From Octopus sinensis (Eukaryota), in NCBI RefSeq assembly GCF_006345805.1, contig NC_042999.1:15314001-15378000 (forward strand): a stretch of 64,000 nucleotides of DNA, written 5' to 3'. Below, piece by piece: positions 36,282 to 49,506 of this stretch. A model generated the notes under the pieces. That model made no database searches and was not told where the DNA came from. It saw only the letters and a program-made list of their open reading frames with translations. Both the position numbers and the translations under genes were made by a program. Each line of letters starts with the position of its first letter. Within the stretch, counting starts at the first letter, position 1.

Positions 36282-38203
36282 TAACTTAAAATTGTATGAT
36301 AGATTGCCGTCAATTCATTCTCTCTTACCTGTTTGTGTCTGCCTTCCAATTGCTGTTTTTACTGAGATCTCCCTTTTTAGTAGAAGAAATAGCTATAACT
36401 CTTTGACTGCTATTTCTAAATTCGGTATGTGGTAAGGCAATTCGTTGCTAAACCCTTTATTGCTTAGTATATATATATATATATATATATGATGGGCTTC
36501 TTTCAGTTTCTGTCTACCAAATCCACTCACAAGGCATTGGTCGGCCCAAGGCTATAGTAAAAGACACTTGCCCAAGATGCCACACAGTGGGACTGAACCC
36601 AGAACCATGTGGTTCATAAGCAAGTGACTTACCACACAGCCACTTTTACTCCTATGTATAAAACTACATATCGCTCCCATCTTCACTCCAGGGAATAGAG
36701 CTGTAACTCTTTCAGTCCCTCCTATCAAGAATGCTGACGTATTCCATTATATAATAAATGCTTTATTCATAACCATACCATATTTATAGCAGAACATGTG
36801 ATTCTAAGATTTAAAATTTTCAGATATAATTTTACGACTAAAAAGATGGAATTTGCTGTGGAAGTTTGTTTGGTACACTGAGCAGGTCACATAACTATGT
36901 AAAAGATTCTTTAATGGCTCAGCCTAGTTATTTATTGATTTTTGTTTTTCTTTTTATGTTTTCGTTTTTTTTTTTACATTTTATGCAATAGAAGCAATGA
37001 AATTGTCTCAGCTATTATATGTTGTGGATGAAAAGATGTAAAGTATCTTTAGTTTGATCTAAAACAATAAGAATATCTCCAAAGTTGAGGAGTCATGTGT
37101 GGTAACAGTGCGTTTACATTGAACAAACATATAGCAATCAAACAGATGGAAAAGGCTTTGATGGTATTGACGTAATGAGGGTGATGATAAAATTATGTTC
37201 TTGCTAAATACTAAGAACTGCCAATAGATTTGGGACCGAGATAACGAGGACTTCGGAATGGCATCCATGCTAACTGCAGATGAACAAATACAGTTGTCTA
37301 TTAGTTGTAGACATTAATATTAATATCTCACATTAATGCAAAGTCGCCATGTATTTCTTACATGGATATGTGGCTTTGGGCATTGGCACAGTGCCATATA
37401 TTTAAAGAGGATGGGAAATAAAATTATGTGCGAGTCATGCTTTATTCAAAAGTCGAATGAAGCAGAGCTGCAACCAGGAATACAACTGGATCACAGATGA
37501 AGCTCATCAAGAGCTTTCTCCCGCTCTACTTGTCGTAAATAACATTAACTATTAACATTATCTAGAACATCATTCAATATTACTAAACAGTTTAGTAGGT
37601 GGAAGTATATTTAATGCTGATCGTATAGCTTCATGTCAGAAGAATACAGCTGATGCTGTAGTAATCCCAAACAGCTGAAGAAAGTTGATGTATTACACAC
37701 ACACACACACACACATAATACATGGCTTGCAAAAGATAGGATAGAGCTACAATTAATAAATGAACCATAATGCAGGGACGGGGGGTGAAGGTGTCTGGCC
37801 AAGTGGTTAGCATGCTGAACTCACAATCATGTGGTCATGGGTTCGATTCTGGAACTAGGAGATATGCTGTTTCCTTGAGTAAGGCCATTTAACATTACTC
37901 CAGTGAATGAGTACCATTTCAGTGCAGGTGCTTCTTTTCTGATATATATTTTATTGACTATCATATATATATATATATACATACATACACTCTTACTCTT
38001 TTACTTGTTTCAGTAATTTGACTGCGGCCATGCTGGAGCACCGCCTTTAGTCATGCAAATCGACCCCAGGACTTATTCTTTTGTAAGCCTAGTACATATT
38101 CTATCAGTCTCTTTTGCCGAACTGCTAAGTTACGGGAACGTAAACACACCACCATCAGTTGTCAAGCAATGTTGCAGGGACAAACACAGACACACAAACA
38201 TAT

Positions 38204-38234
<31 letters not shown>

Positions 38235-38936
38235 CATATATACGACAGGCTTCTTTCAGTTTCCATTTACCAAATCCACTCACAAGGCTTTGGTTGGCCC
38301 AAGGCTAGAGTAGAAGATACTTGCCCAAGGTGCCATGCAGTGGGACTGAACCTGGAACCATGTGGTTGATAAGCAAGCTACTTACCACACAGCTACTCAT
38401 GCGCCTATATATATATATATATATATAGATATGATGGGCTTCCTTCAGTTTCCATCTACCAAATCCACACACAAGGTTTTGGCTGGCCCAAGTCTACGGT
38501 AGAAGACACTTGCCGAAGGTGCCAAGCATTGAGACTGAACTTGGAACCTTGTGGTTGGGAAGAAGGTTCAAAAATGTTGTTAAGATTAATAAACAAATTA
38601 TTACCAATTAAATTTATTTCAAGCTGTGACTCATAACTATTTTTATTCAACGATGGGTAAGGGCAAACTGTGGCACATAGGATTTTCTGAATGGCATGCC
38701 TTACAAAATATTATCTTGAATTTTTTTTTAGAAGTCTGGCCCACCAGATAATTAGCCATGCTTCATGTTACCTCATCCTCCTCAGCATTTAACATCCGTT
38801 CTCCTTGCTGGCATGGCTTGGATGGTTTCACAGAAGCTAGCAAACCAGCGAGCTGCACCAGGCTCTGATTGTCTGTTTTAGCATGGATTTTAAAGCTGGA
38901 TGCCATTCCTAATGCCAGTAAATTTATAGTCTACTG

Positions 38937-40283
38937 GATGCTTTTTACGTGGCACCAGAATGGGTACCTTTAACACGGCACCATCAAGGGTTCTTTTTTA
39001 CATGGCACCAGCATGAGTGCTTTTTGTGTGGCACCAGCATGAGTGCTTTTTACGTGGTACAAGCATGAGTGCTTTTTACGTGGCACCAGCATGAGTGCTT
39101 TTTACGTGGCACCAGCATGAGTGCTTTTTACGTGGCACCAGCATGAGTGCTTTTTACGTGGCACCAGCATGAGTGCTTTTTACGTGACACCAGCATGAGT
39201 GCTTTTTACGTGGCACCAGCAAGAGTGCTTTTTACGTGGCACCAGCAAGAGTGCTTTTTACGCGGCACCAGCAAGAGTGCTTTTACGCGGGACCAGCATG
39301 AGTGCTTTTTACGTGACACCAGCATGAATGCTTTTTATGTGGCACCAGCATGAGTGCTTTTTACGTTGCACCAGCATGAGTGCTTTTTACGCGGCACCAG
39401 CACGAGTGATTTTTACGTGGCACCAGCACGAGTGATTTTTACGTGGCACCAGCATGAATGCTTTTTACGTGGCACCAGCATGAATGCTTTTTACGTGGCA
39501 CCAGCATGAGTGCTTTTTACGTGGCACCAGCATGAGTGCTTTTTACGTGGCACCAGCATGAGTGCTTTTTACGTGGCACCAGCATGAGTGCTTTTTACGT
39601 GGCACCAGCATGAGTGCTTTTTACGCGGCACCAGCATGAGTGCTTTTTACGTGGCACCAGCATGAGTGCTTTTTACGTGGCACCAGCATGAGTGCTTTTT
39701 ACGTGGCACCAGCATGAGTGCTTTTTACGTGGCACCAGCATGAGTGCTTTTTACGTGGCACCAGCATGAGTGCTTTTTACGTGGCACCAGCATGAGTGCT
39801 TTTTACGCGGCACCAGCATGAGTGCTTTTTACGCGGCACCAGCAAGAGTGCTTTTTACGCGGCACCAGCATGAGTGCTTTTTACGCGGCACCAGCAAGAG
39901 TGCTTTTTACGCGGCACCAGCATGAGTGCTTTTTACGCAGCACCAGCATGAATGCTTTTTACGTGACACCAGCATGAATGCTTTTTACGCGACACCAGCA
40001 TGAATGCTTTTTACACAGCACCAGCATGAATGCTTTTTACGTGGCACCAGCATGAGTGCTTTTTACGCAGCACCAGCATGAATGCTTTTTACGTGACACC
40101 AGCATGAATGCTTTTTATGTGGCACCAGCATGAATGCTTACGTTGCACCAGCATGAGTGCTTTTTACGCGGCACCAGCACGAGTGATTTTTACGTGGCAC
40201 CAGCACGAGTGATTTTTACGTGGCACCAGCACGAGTGATTTTTATGTGGCACCAGCACGAGTGCTTTTTACGTGGCACCAGCA
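38937..40283. repeat. 26-bp minisatellite array (about 50 copies) expanded inside an RTE 3'-end copy
   Basis: Unit gtgctttttacgtggcaccagcatga, period 26, head-to-tail with no spacers. It is preceded by the RTE family signature at 38775-38935. Confidence 0.95.
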
Positions 40284-41842
40284 CAGCCTACATCATGAAA
40301 ATGGTAGTTCATTCCTTTTCTTCATTAAAACCGAAATACACTTGAAGGGTAAAAAAATATTTTATAAAAAATACATCTGACTTCATTGTTATCTGTTTCT
40401 CACTTCATGTAGTACAAACAAACTAAAAAAATTAAAAACTGAAATCTCAAACTTAAAGGGACGATGATGATGATGATGGTGGTATGGCAGTGGTGATATT
40501 GGTGGTGGTGGTGTTGACAATAACGAAGGCTTTTCATTTAAAAGTCTGCAACTCATTCCATCTATCATTATGATCGTGATCATCAAACCTTATTTAGAAC
40601 AGCATATAATTAATCTATTAATAATTGCACGCTTTAATGAGTTATTCTATTGTGAATTGCATAGCAATGCAAGGTGGCATATTAGTTTCAAGTGAGATGT
40701 GTTCAAGTGTTAGTTGCTTTCCTGCTAATTAATCTTCTACAGTTTCATTAGCACTTCTGTGCAGTTGTATATTGTTGGAAGAGTTTTAGATACGTTTTCG
40801 ACAAACGGCAAGGAGAAAATGATGACAGCACATTGTGGAAATGAGAAAGATATTTATAAATGTTATTTGAAAACTAGTGATATATAAAATGAATATTATA
40901 GACAGCCCCCTTAATTAGGATAATAATTAGTAAAAAATAGCTTACTATTTATAAGCAACTTTCTGTTTGTTTAATATTCATATACATGATCATAATTATT
41001 ATTATTATTATTATCATCATTATTATCATTATCATCATCATTATTATTATCATTATCATCATCATCATTATTATTATTATTATCATCATCATTATTATTA
41101 TTATCATTATCATCATCATTATTATTATTATTACTAAGGTGGCGAGCTGGCAGAATTGTTAGTGTGTTGGGTGATATGCTTAATGGTATTTCACCCGTTG
41201 TTACATTCTGAGTTCAAATTCTGCTGAGGTTGATTTTTGCCTTTCATCCTTTCAGGGTCATATAAGTACCAGTTGCACGCTGGGGTCAATGGAATTGACT
41301 TAATCCCCTCCCACAAGCTGCCCTTGTGGAAAAAATTTAAAATCATCATCATTATTATTATTATTATCAAGGCAATGAGCTGGCAGAATCCTTGGCATGC
41401 CTGGCAAAATGCTTAGCAGTATTCCATCTGCTTCTACATTCTGAGTTCAAATTCCACTGAAGTCAGCTTTGCCTCTCATCTTTATGGGGTCGATAAAATA
41501 AGTACCAGTTGAAGACTGGGGTCAATGTAATCAGCTTAACCCCTCCCTCAAAACACTGCTAGGGTCACCTTTGCCTTAATTTTGTGTCTAAGGTTTGGTG
41601 GGAGATTTTAATTCAGTACTTATGAAAACAAGACATTTGTACTACAGAGCCAGCGGTGGTTTCAGCCAGGTTGGTATTGAAAGGGTTAATGCAGTGAGCT
41701 GACAGTCGTTGCACATCAGACGAAATGGTTAGCAGTATTTCTTCCAGCCCTTTATGTTCTCAGTTCAAATTTCACTGAGCCAACTTCATTTTACATCTTT
41801 ACAGGTGCAATAAACTGTATACTTGTTGAACACTCGCGTCAA

Positions 41843-42120
41843 TCATCATCATTTAATGTTTGTTTTCCATGCTAGAATGGGTTGGATGGTTCGACCGGGG
41901 TTTGGGAAGCCAGGAGGTTGCACCAGGCTCCAATCCGATCTGGCAGTGTTTCTACAGCTGGATGCCCTTCCTAACACCAGCCACTCCATGAGTGTAGTGG
42001 GTGCTTTTTACGTGCCACCGGCACAGGTGCCAGGAGAGGCTGGCAACAGCCACGATTGGTTGGTGCTTTTTATGTGCCACCGGCATGGAAGCCAGTCAAG
42101 GTGGTCCTGGCATTGGCCAA
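41843..42120 (-). mobile_element. RTE 3'-end copy
   Basis: Same family signature (ggatgcccttcctaac..ccactcc..gagtgtagtgggtgctttttacgtgccaccggcac). Confidence 0.8.
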
Positions 42121-44641
42121 ATACAGATGGTAATCATATAATCACATCCTACTCTATTTTGCTGACCGTATGCCAAAATTTGAAACTGTTATTAATATTA
42201 TTATGATAATAAAAGTCCCTGTAACAAAAATAGTAGAGCACCAGCCAGTACTTGGTTTTTCTTTCATCCTGAATGCTTTGACTGCATTATACTTTTTGTC
42301 CTTTGAGAGACCAGCAATGTACTGTTTACATCATTTGGTAACACCTCGTCTCTGAAAGTTGTCACCTTATAGCAATATAAAAAGAAAACGCTTATTATTA
42401 AGATATAATATTCTATGCTCTGCTGTACCACAAAGTTCAGTATTGTATTTTAAATTCTATATAGTATTGTTCATAATTTGTACGTGATGCTTTCATTTGG
42501 TATCTGAGAAAATTTATTTCATCTATGTGTTTAATAGATGTGCAAAATACCTAACAAAGCTGATTTTTATATGCTGTGTTGATGAAGCAATTTATATTTC
42601 TGTGTCTTCTGTCGCTTTTCCCAGTGAAACTGCTATTATTTATATTTCTGTGACTACATATTAAAATAAATAAATATAAAAAATTTCCCATTGATTGAAG
42701 AAGGTATTTTTACCTCACAAGATTGAAAGCCTATGAAGCAAGTGCTTTTTGTGTCTTTGATTTTAAACAATGATGTCTGAGTGGTTTAGTTCTCTTTCAG
42801 GATATACCAGAATGTTCTTCTCTATCATTACAACAACATCATTTTTCAGAGACTTATGTAAGACATATAATATCTATTTGTCACAGTTACCATCATCATT
42901 ATTTTCGTGTCTGCTTTTCCATACTTGCATGGGTTAGACAGGATTTGAGCCAGGTTTTCTATGGCAGGGTGCCCTCTCTGCTACCAACCCTCACCTGTTT
43001 ACAAGCAAGATGATTTTCCCCTTTGGCTGGATATGTTTTCAATGCAGAATAGAGATGAAGATCACTGTTTGCAAAAATATGATGCTCATTTATCATCACC
43101 ATGTAATGTCAGGGCAAGGAGACACAAACACCCCACCTCACCAACCATCAATCATATATATATATCCACTCACAAGACTATGGTCAACTCATGATTATAG
43201 CAGAAAACACTTTTTAAAGATATCATGTATTAGGGTTGAACTCAAAACCATATGGTTAGGAAGCTAACTTTTTATTTCTTTATTGCCCACAAGGGGCCAA
43301 ACATACAGAGGACAGACAACTGACTGATTTATAAACCAAATGATTAATCAAACATTATATTAGTTATTTAAATGATTGTTTAACTGGCAGAAGTGAAAGT
43401 GAATTAGGGTGTATGTTTATTGGTATACTGACCCTCCCAAGATACAACAAAATATTATAAAGATGCAGAAAATATTGGTCTTGTTTACTTAGCCTGAATT
43501 CAGTTGACACTGAATGTAGACTAAGAACCATTATCGTTCCATTATTATAACCTTTGCCAGTCTATAATTTGCTATTAGAGATTTATAAGAATAATGACCA
43601 ATAATTTTCCCAATAAAGATTCTTCTTTTACTCCTCACATTCTTCTATTTCCAACCACTTTATTGTCGATGGCAACCTCTCTGAAATGCTATTTTTCTGT
43701 TTTTAATTTTCTATAATTATTTGCATTAATTTCTGGCTTTTACTGCCACTTATTCCTACGAAACTTCAGTAGTGATATTATAAATTTTCTAATTGCATTA
43801 GCTGAACTCTGTATTTTGCTCAAGGTGAATATAAATATGCTATGATTTTATAAAATTTATTGAAAACAAATTTGTTGTAGTTATATTCGAATAGGAGAGA
43901 CAAATAGATAAGGAAAAAAAAAAAAAAACCATTTAATAGTGAATATTTTATCTCTTAAATATTTCAGAGAAAGCATTTTTTCAGTAGATTTAATATCATT
44001 ATTAACTGAAAAGGTGTAACAAAGCCTTTGTTGTCTGTTTGCCCTTATATATTAAATCATTTATTTTGTCTCATCTATTTTGCAACAGGTTGCATGCAAC
44101 ACACCAATATATCATTAAATATACTGTTTTCTTTCTATCTCATTTAATTCCCTTATTTTTTTCCAGTTTATCACATCTAAAGGAATGCTTGTAATTGTAA
44201 ATGTATTATTATTGCTTTTAATTTGTTCTGAGTATTTTTGTATCTTATTTTTCTGTCATAACAACACTTTAAATGGATCAAATACTTTTGTTTGATAACA
44301 TTTTGCTTTCGGATGAAGTATATTTTATCCATTTATTCATGAATGCTTGTCATAATTTTTTTAATTTCTATCTTTTTATTTAACTATACATCTTTTGAAA
44401 CCACTGATTTCAAAACAGACTTCGCATGTTTATTCACTTCAAAATTTATATATGCACACACGCATGTTATGAAGCTTGCTTCCCATCCAGATGGTTTAAG
44501 GTTGATTCCCACAGAATAGCATCTTGGACAACTGTCTTCTACTATAGGCCTGAATGATCAAAGGCATGTGAGTGTATTAACAGAAGCCCATCGTGTATAT
44601 ATATATATATATGTGTATATCTATATGTATAGATATATATA

Positions 44642-44860
44642 CATTCAAAATGTGACTGCGTGTGTACTGTTGGCGATTTTTTTTTTTTTTTTTTTTTTTT
44701 TTTCCCTTCGTCTTCTCTTCCTATGTTTCTGACGAAGAGCTCCACTCTAAACGTTAAATCCTCCTTCTTTCTTTCCTTTCCTGAGCGTTCAATAACACTA
44801 TACTTGCTCCACGTCCTCACGTTGTTGTGTTTTCTATTTGTGTTTTCATGTTTGGATTAA

Positions 44861-44862
<2 letters not shown>
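44642..44862 (+). mobile_element. Short (TA)n-embedded Penelope-like fragment with a decayed minimal hammerhead
   Basis: ttt-CTGACGA(44729-35)-agagctccactc-TAAACGTT-aaa. Its 3' part (tttcctgagcg...ccacgt...gttgttg...gtttggattaac) recurs at 20027-20107 and 20606-20686, always ending at (TA)n. Confidence 0.5.
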
Positions 44863-44899
<37 letters not shown>

Positions 44900-44901
<2 letters not shown>

Positions 44902-45137
44902 CATTGAAAAAGCACTAACCGATCGTGGCTGTTGCCAGCCTCCTCTGACCCCTGTACCGGTGGTGCATAAAAAGCACCCACTACACATGGAGTGGTTGGC
45001 GTTAGGAAGGGCATCCAGCTGTAGAAACACTGCCAGATCAGACTGGAGCCTGGTGCAGCCTCCTGGCTTCCCAGACCCTGGTCGAATCGTCCAACCCATG
45101 CTAGCATGGAAAACAGACGTTAAACAGTGATGATGAT
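44900..45137 (+). mobile_element. RTE 3'-end copy
   Basis: Family signature in + orientation ending cgttaaacagtgatgatgat. Confidence 0.8.
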
Positions 45138-45675
45138 GTGTGTGTGTATTCTTGTCTTGACATCATGTGATGGCTATAAATAAGCATCACTGTCATATAA
45201 GCAATAGTATTTATTTCCAGTTTTCCATGGAAAACATGTCTGGCCATGGGAAAATATCACTTTGTTTGGAAACAAGTGAGAGTTGGTGACAGGAAGGATA
45301 TCTAGCCATAGGAAATCTGCGTCAATGAATTCTGTCTGATTCTTGCAAGCATAGAAAAGTGGATATTAAAACAATGTTGATAACACACACACGCATGCAC
45401 ACATCCTGTTAATCTACTGTTCACAATATTATCAGTTGCTGTATATAACTTATTAACTTTAACTCCTGCTATATTTAACTTTAATTCATTCAATAGAAAC
45501 TTGAACCTGTTTTATTCCCAGGTCTACTGAGCCAGACCCATATTTTGTTGTAAAAGGTACCACGTTTGGAGGGGAGGGGTATAAAAATCTCTGGGCGTCT
45601 CTTTGATATATCTGTGAATTGTAATTATGGTTGTTGTTGGCACTGATACAATTATAGTCGCTAATATTTTTAATA

Positions 45676-46280
45676 ATCATCATCATCATCGTTTAACGTC
45701 CACCTTCCATGCTAGCATGGGTTGGACGATTTTGACTGAGGGCTGGCAAACCAGATGGCCACACCAGGCTCCAATCTTGATCTGGCAGAGTTTCTGAAGC
45801 TGGATGCCCTTCCTAATGCCAACCACTCCGAGAGTGTAGTGGGTGCTTTTTACATGCCACCAGCATGGGGCCAGTCAGGTGGTACTGGCAATGACCTCGC
45901 TCGAATCTTTTTACACATGCCTCCGGCACAGGTGCCAGTAAGGCGACGTTGGTAACGATCACGCTCGAATGGTGCCTTTTTACGTGCCGCCGGCACTATT
46001 AGTTGGCTGCTCTGGCAACGATCAATAATAATTGCCGGTGGCACATAAAAAAACACCATCCGGGCGTGGCCGTTTGCCAGCCTCGTCTGGCACCTGTGTC
46101 GGTGGCACATAAAAAGCACCCACTACACTCATGGAGTGGTTGGCGTTAGGAAGGGCATCCAGCTGTAGAAACACTGCCAGATCTGACTGGCCTGGTGCAG
46201 CCTTCGGGCTTCCCAGACCCCAGTTGAACTGTCCAACCCATGCTAGCATGGAAAGCGGACGTTAAACGATGATGATGATG
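45676..46280. mobile_element. Two abutting RTE 3'-end copies in inverted (tails-out) orientation
   Basis: 45676-46025 starts (cat)n cgtttaacgtcc. 46030-46280 ends ggacgttaaacgatgatgatgat. Confidence 0.85.
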
Positions 46281-47029
46281 AATGATTTTTTTTTTTCATA
46301 GCCATAAGGTCAGAAATTGTGTTTCTCCCAATTCTGCTATACATAATAAATAATGATAATTGGGGTGGGAAAAGTTGATTACATTGACCCCGATACTCAA
46401 TTGGTATTTTAATTTATTGGCTTTAGAACAAAGAACGGCAAAGTTGACCTTGTCAAGAGATGAACTCAAACTCAGAATTTAGAGCCATAGCATTTTGCTT
46501 GACTTTCTAATTATTCGGCCCTGATAAATAATAATAATTATCATGATTAGCAACTTAGTCTGAAAACAAGATTAAATTCACCATTCTCTTGGATTGCCAG
46601 TACCTTTGAGCATTAACATATTAACTGTTTAGTTTATCCCATTCTAATCCTTAAAAATTCTTCAATTACAATTTATTTTTAATTGGGATTAAGAATGTCT
46701 CAAGGTAATCTTTAAATGCTTCACACATATATATTCTGTATTGATGTGATGTGTGTGTGTACATTATTTTTATTACAAATGAAAGCGAGATTACTTGATA
46801 ATTGTAGAAGACTTTATATTTGTTAGAAAACAATTAATGATTCATTCTGTTGATACTCAGTTTTTTCAACACTTGTCAGTCAAGTAACATTGTGCTATGA
46901 AATATTAAATAAGCAAAAGCAACTGTAAAGTCTGAGCTCCAAGATGCAACTGAAAATGTAGATTGTCATATTCTGTGGAAGACATCACACGTGATTGGTA
47001 GCTGCTCCAAAATTCCATCAAGGTAATGC

Positions 47030-47807
47030 TTTCCTATGTGACATGATGTCACAAAAACAATGTACAATGACGAGAAACCGAGACCTCTGGATACATGCTG
47101 TGACTCTGAAGACCCGATAAAGGAAGTGAGTTCATGGCTTGCAGGACGGTCTGCTGTGCTAACCTTGGATCATAGGGTGACCTGCTGTGCTTGAGGAGAC
47201 CTACTGAGTCAAGTACATCAAAATAAAAATCAAATGGATATTATAGTTGTGATACCCATACCGGTGGCCGTTGGGCCTCGCAGAGGAAATGACAAAAGAC
47301 TGAGACCTCTGAGATATGCCGTGACTGTGAAGACCCGACAAATGAACTGAGTTCATGGCTCACAGGATGGCCTGCTGTCCTAACCTTGGATCGTAGAGTG
47401 ACTCACTGTGCTTGAGGAGACCTATTGAGTCAAGTACGCCAACACCAACATCAAAATAAAAATCAAATGGAAATTGTAGTTATGATAACCATGCTGGTGG
47501 CATGTAAAAAGCACCATTCGAACGTGGCTGATGTCAGCGCCGCCTGACTGGTGTCTGTGTTGGTGACATGTAATAAGCACCAACCAATCATGGCCATTTG
47601 CCAGCCTCCTCTGGTCTCTGTGCTGGTGGCAGGTAAAAAGCACCCACTACAATCATGGAGTGGTTGGCGTTAGGAAGGGCATCCAGCTGTAGAAACACTG
47701 CCAGATCAGACTGGAGGTTGGCGCAGCCTCATGGCTTCCCAGACCCCAGTCAAACAGTCCAACCCATGCTAGCATGGAAAGCGGACGTTAAACGATGATG
47801 ATGATGA
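47030..47807 (+). mobile_element. RTE 3' region with an internal ~220-nt tandem duplication
   Basis: The gagacctctg...gaagacccga...ctaaccttggatc...cttgaggagaccta..gagtcaagtac block occurs at about 47080-47240 and 47303-47472. There is a (gat)n tail at 47793-47807. Confidence 0.75.
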
Positions 47808-48360
47808 TTCACAAAAAAGACTGTCCTAGAATAAATATAGAAAATTCTCCTGATATTGAATACATACACAAACATCAATACAAGGGATACTGGTGGAACA
47901 TTCCCGTGTGTAAACATAACAGACCAGATACTGTTGTTTGGGACAGACAAGAAAAAGTATGGTCTGTCATAGAGGTCAGATATCCTGCTGATGTGAATAT
48001 TTCTTTGAAAAATGAAAGCGGAAAAGGATACCTATGGATGACTACTTTGAAAACCCCAGCCTCTATATACAGATTATAAATTCACATTTATACCAATAAA
48101 AATTGGTGCATTTGGTTTTGTGAGTAAATGTGTAAGTGAACAATATGAATAAGCTAGGGTTTTCAGAAAATGAAATCAGTCAGCCAACTCACACAGTACA
48201 AATACCATCTGTAAGTGGAACAGTAAAAATATGTAAGACTTTCCACAAGTTTAAAATGTGACATTCGTTTTGTTATCTACATTCCAAAGATGAAGCTTTA
48301 TAGCTTTGTTATAAACCATCTTCTTTCTCAGAGGAAGAATTTAAATAATTCAAAAAAGAA
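47808..48360 (+). mobile_element. R4/Dong-like RLE fragment, decayed
   Basis: YWWNIPV-CKHNRPDTVVWDRQEKVWSVIEVRYPADVNISLK, then frameshifted. A related piece (WDRKEKSATVIEVSCPAD) occurs at 19550 and 20130. Confidence 0.75.
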
Positions 48361-48403
48361 GAGAACATACATTTCTATATTTAAGAGATGAGGAATTATA
48401 TAT

Positions 48404-48913
48404 ATTATTTACATTTGATGGATATTTGTCCTCATCTTATTTGTTGTTAACATGTTTTGGCTGATATATCCTCCAGCCTTCATCAGGTGTCTTGGGGAAA
48501 ATTTGAACCTGGGTTCTCATTCCCTGTGGGATGAAGTTAAAATAATAGACAGAGAACACCGCTGGAAAATATGAAAACTAAAAGAAGCAGCACATATGCT
48601 AAGATACAACCTCCTAAGCAGACTGAGTGCAGATATGAATTGCATATGGGAACTGGTATTAGGGAAAGATAGAAAAATATTAGATTTATATGCCCGAAAA
48701 TTCACTCCATAATTGCCCATGGGCATATGGCGTAGTGGTTAAGAGTGTGGGCTACTAACCCTAAGATTCCGAGTAATAATAATGTCATAAAATACCTTAG
48801 GAATGAGAACCCAGGTTTGAAATTTTCCCAAGACACCTGATGAAGCCTGGAGGGCATATCAGCTGAAATATGTTAACAATAAAGATGACAAATATCCGTC
48901 AAATGTAAATAAT
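48404..48913. mobile_element. Older inverted-repeat element with decayed hammerhead motifs (Penelope-like) and a tRNA-like SINE head in the spacer
   Basis: Arms at about 48404-48523 and 48800-48913. The + copy reads acac-CTGATGA(48837-43)-agcctg...cagct-GAAA and the minus copy reads CTGATGAaggctg...cagccAAAA. The spacer at 48721-48775 has TGGCGTAGTGG (A-box-like). Confidence 0.6.
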
Positions 48914-49354
48914 GTTAACATACATATATATTAGGCACTGGTTAGATCTATTCTGCTTGACCGAAGGTGGAAAAGTGGTCAGGTAAAATTTTGAACCATT
49001 TCTGAGTGGGTACTGAGACTAACAGGTAGCTCTAATGTTTAGAAGAAGTTTGAAAAATTGGGGAATTTTCTGGAAGCAAAGTTTTATGTGAAGACAGAAG
49101 AATATTGGTGGTTACAGCAGGATTTGGAATATTTGCAATTTTACCAAGAATAAATAACTTGTTAGACAAATTTCAGATTTTTATCCCATGTGACTTTTGT
49201 GTAATAACCTATTTAGAAATTTTTATTCTATTATCTCCACTACTCTATGATTAACTATTGAAAATATCTATTTGTAAAAAAATAATTAGCATTACCCCGC
49301 TCTCTCCCTCTTTCATCCAGACTCACATGTGTACAGATACAGGCATACGTATCT

Positions 49355-49475
49355 GTATATATATATGTGTGTGTGTGTATATATATGTGTGTGTGTGTGT
49401 GTATATATATGTGTGTATGTATGTGTGTGTATGTATGTGTATGTATGTGTGTGTGTATATGTGTGTGTGTGTATA

Positions 49476-49506
<31 letters not shown>

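Larger units (their letters stand above)
35506..36470. mobile_element. Palindromic non-coding element (Penelope-like pseudo-LTR inversion or retrozyme-like) inserted in the (TA)n of a SINE
   Basis: Near-perfect inverted arms at 35606-36018 and 36064-36470, a 45-nt loop and an unpaired tail at 35506-35605. There is (TA)n on both sides and one hammerhead in each arm. Confidence 0.75.

Noticed and set aside
38937-40283. CRISPR array
   Set aside because: The units are head-to-tail with no unique spacers, there are no cas genes, and the context is eukaryotic. It is a minisatellite derived from a retroposon.
40620-40680. miR-92-like seed (aattgcac) in a possible hairpin
   Set aside because: Pairing is too weak and the rest of the sequence does not match the mature miRNA.
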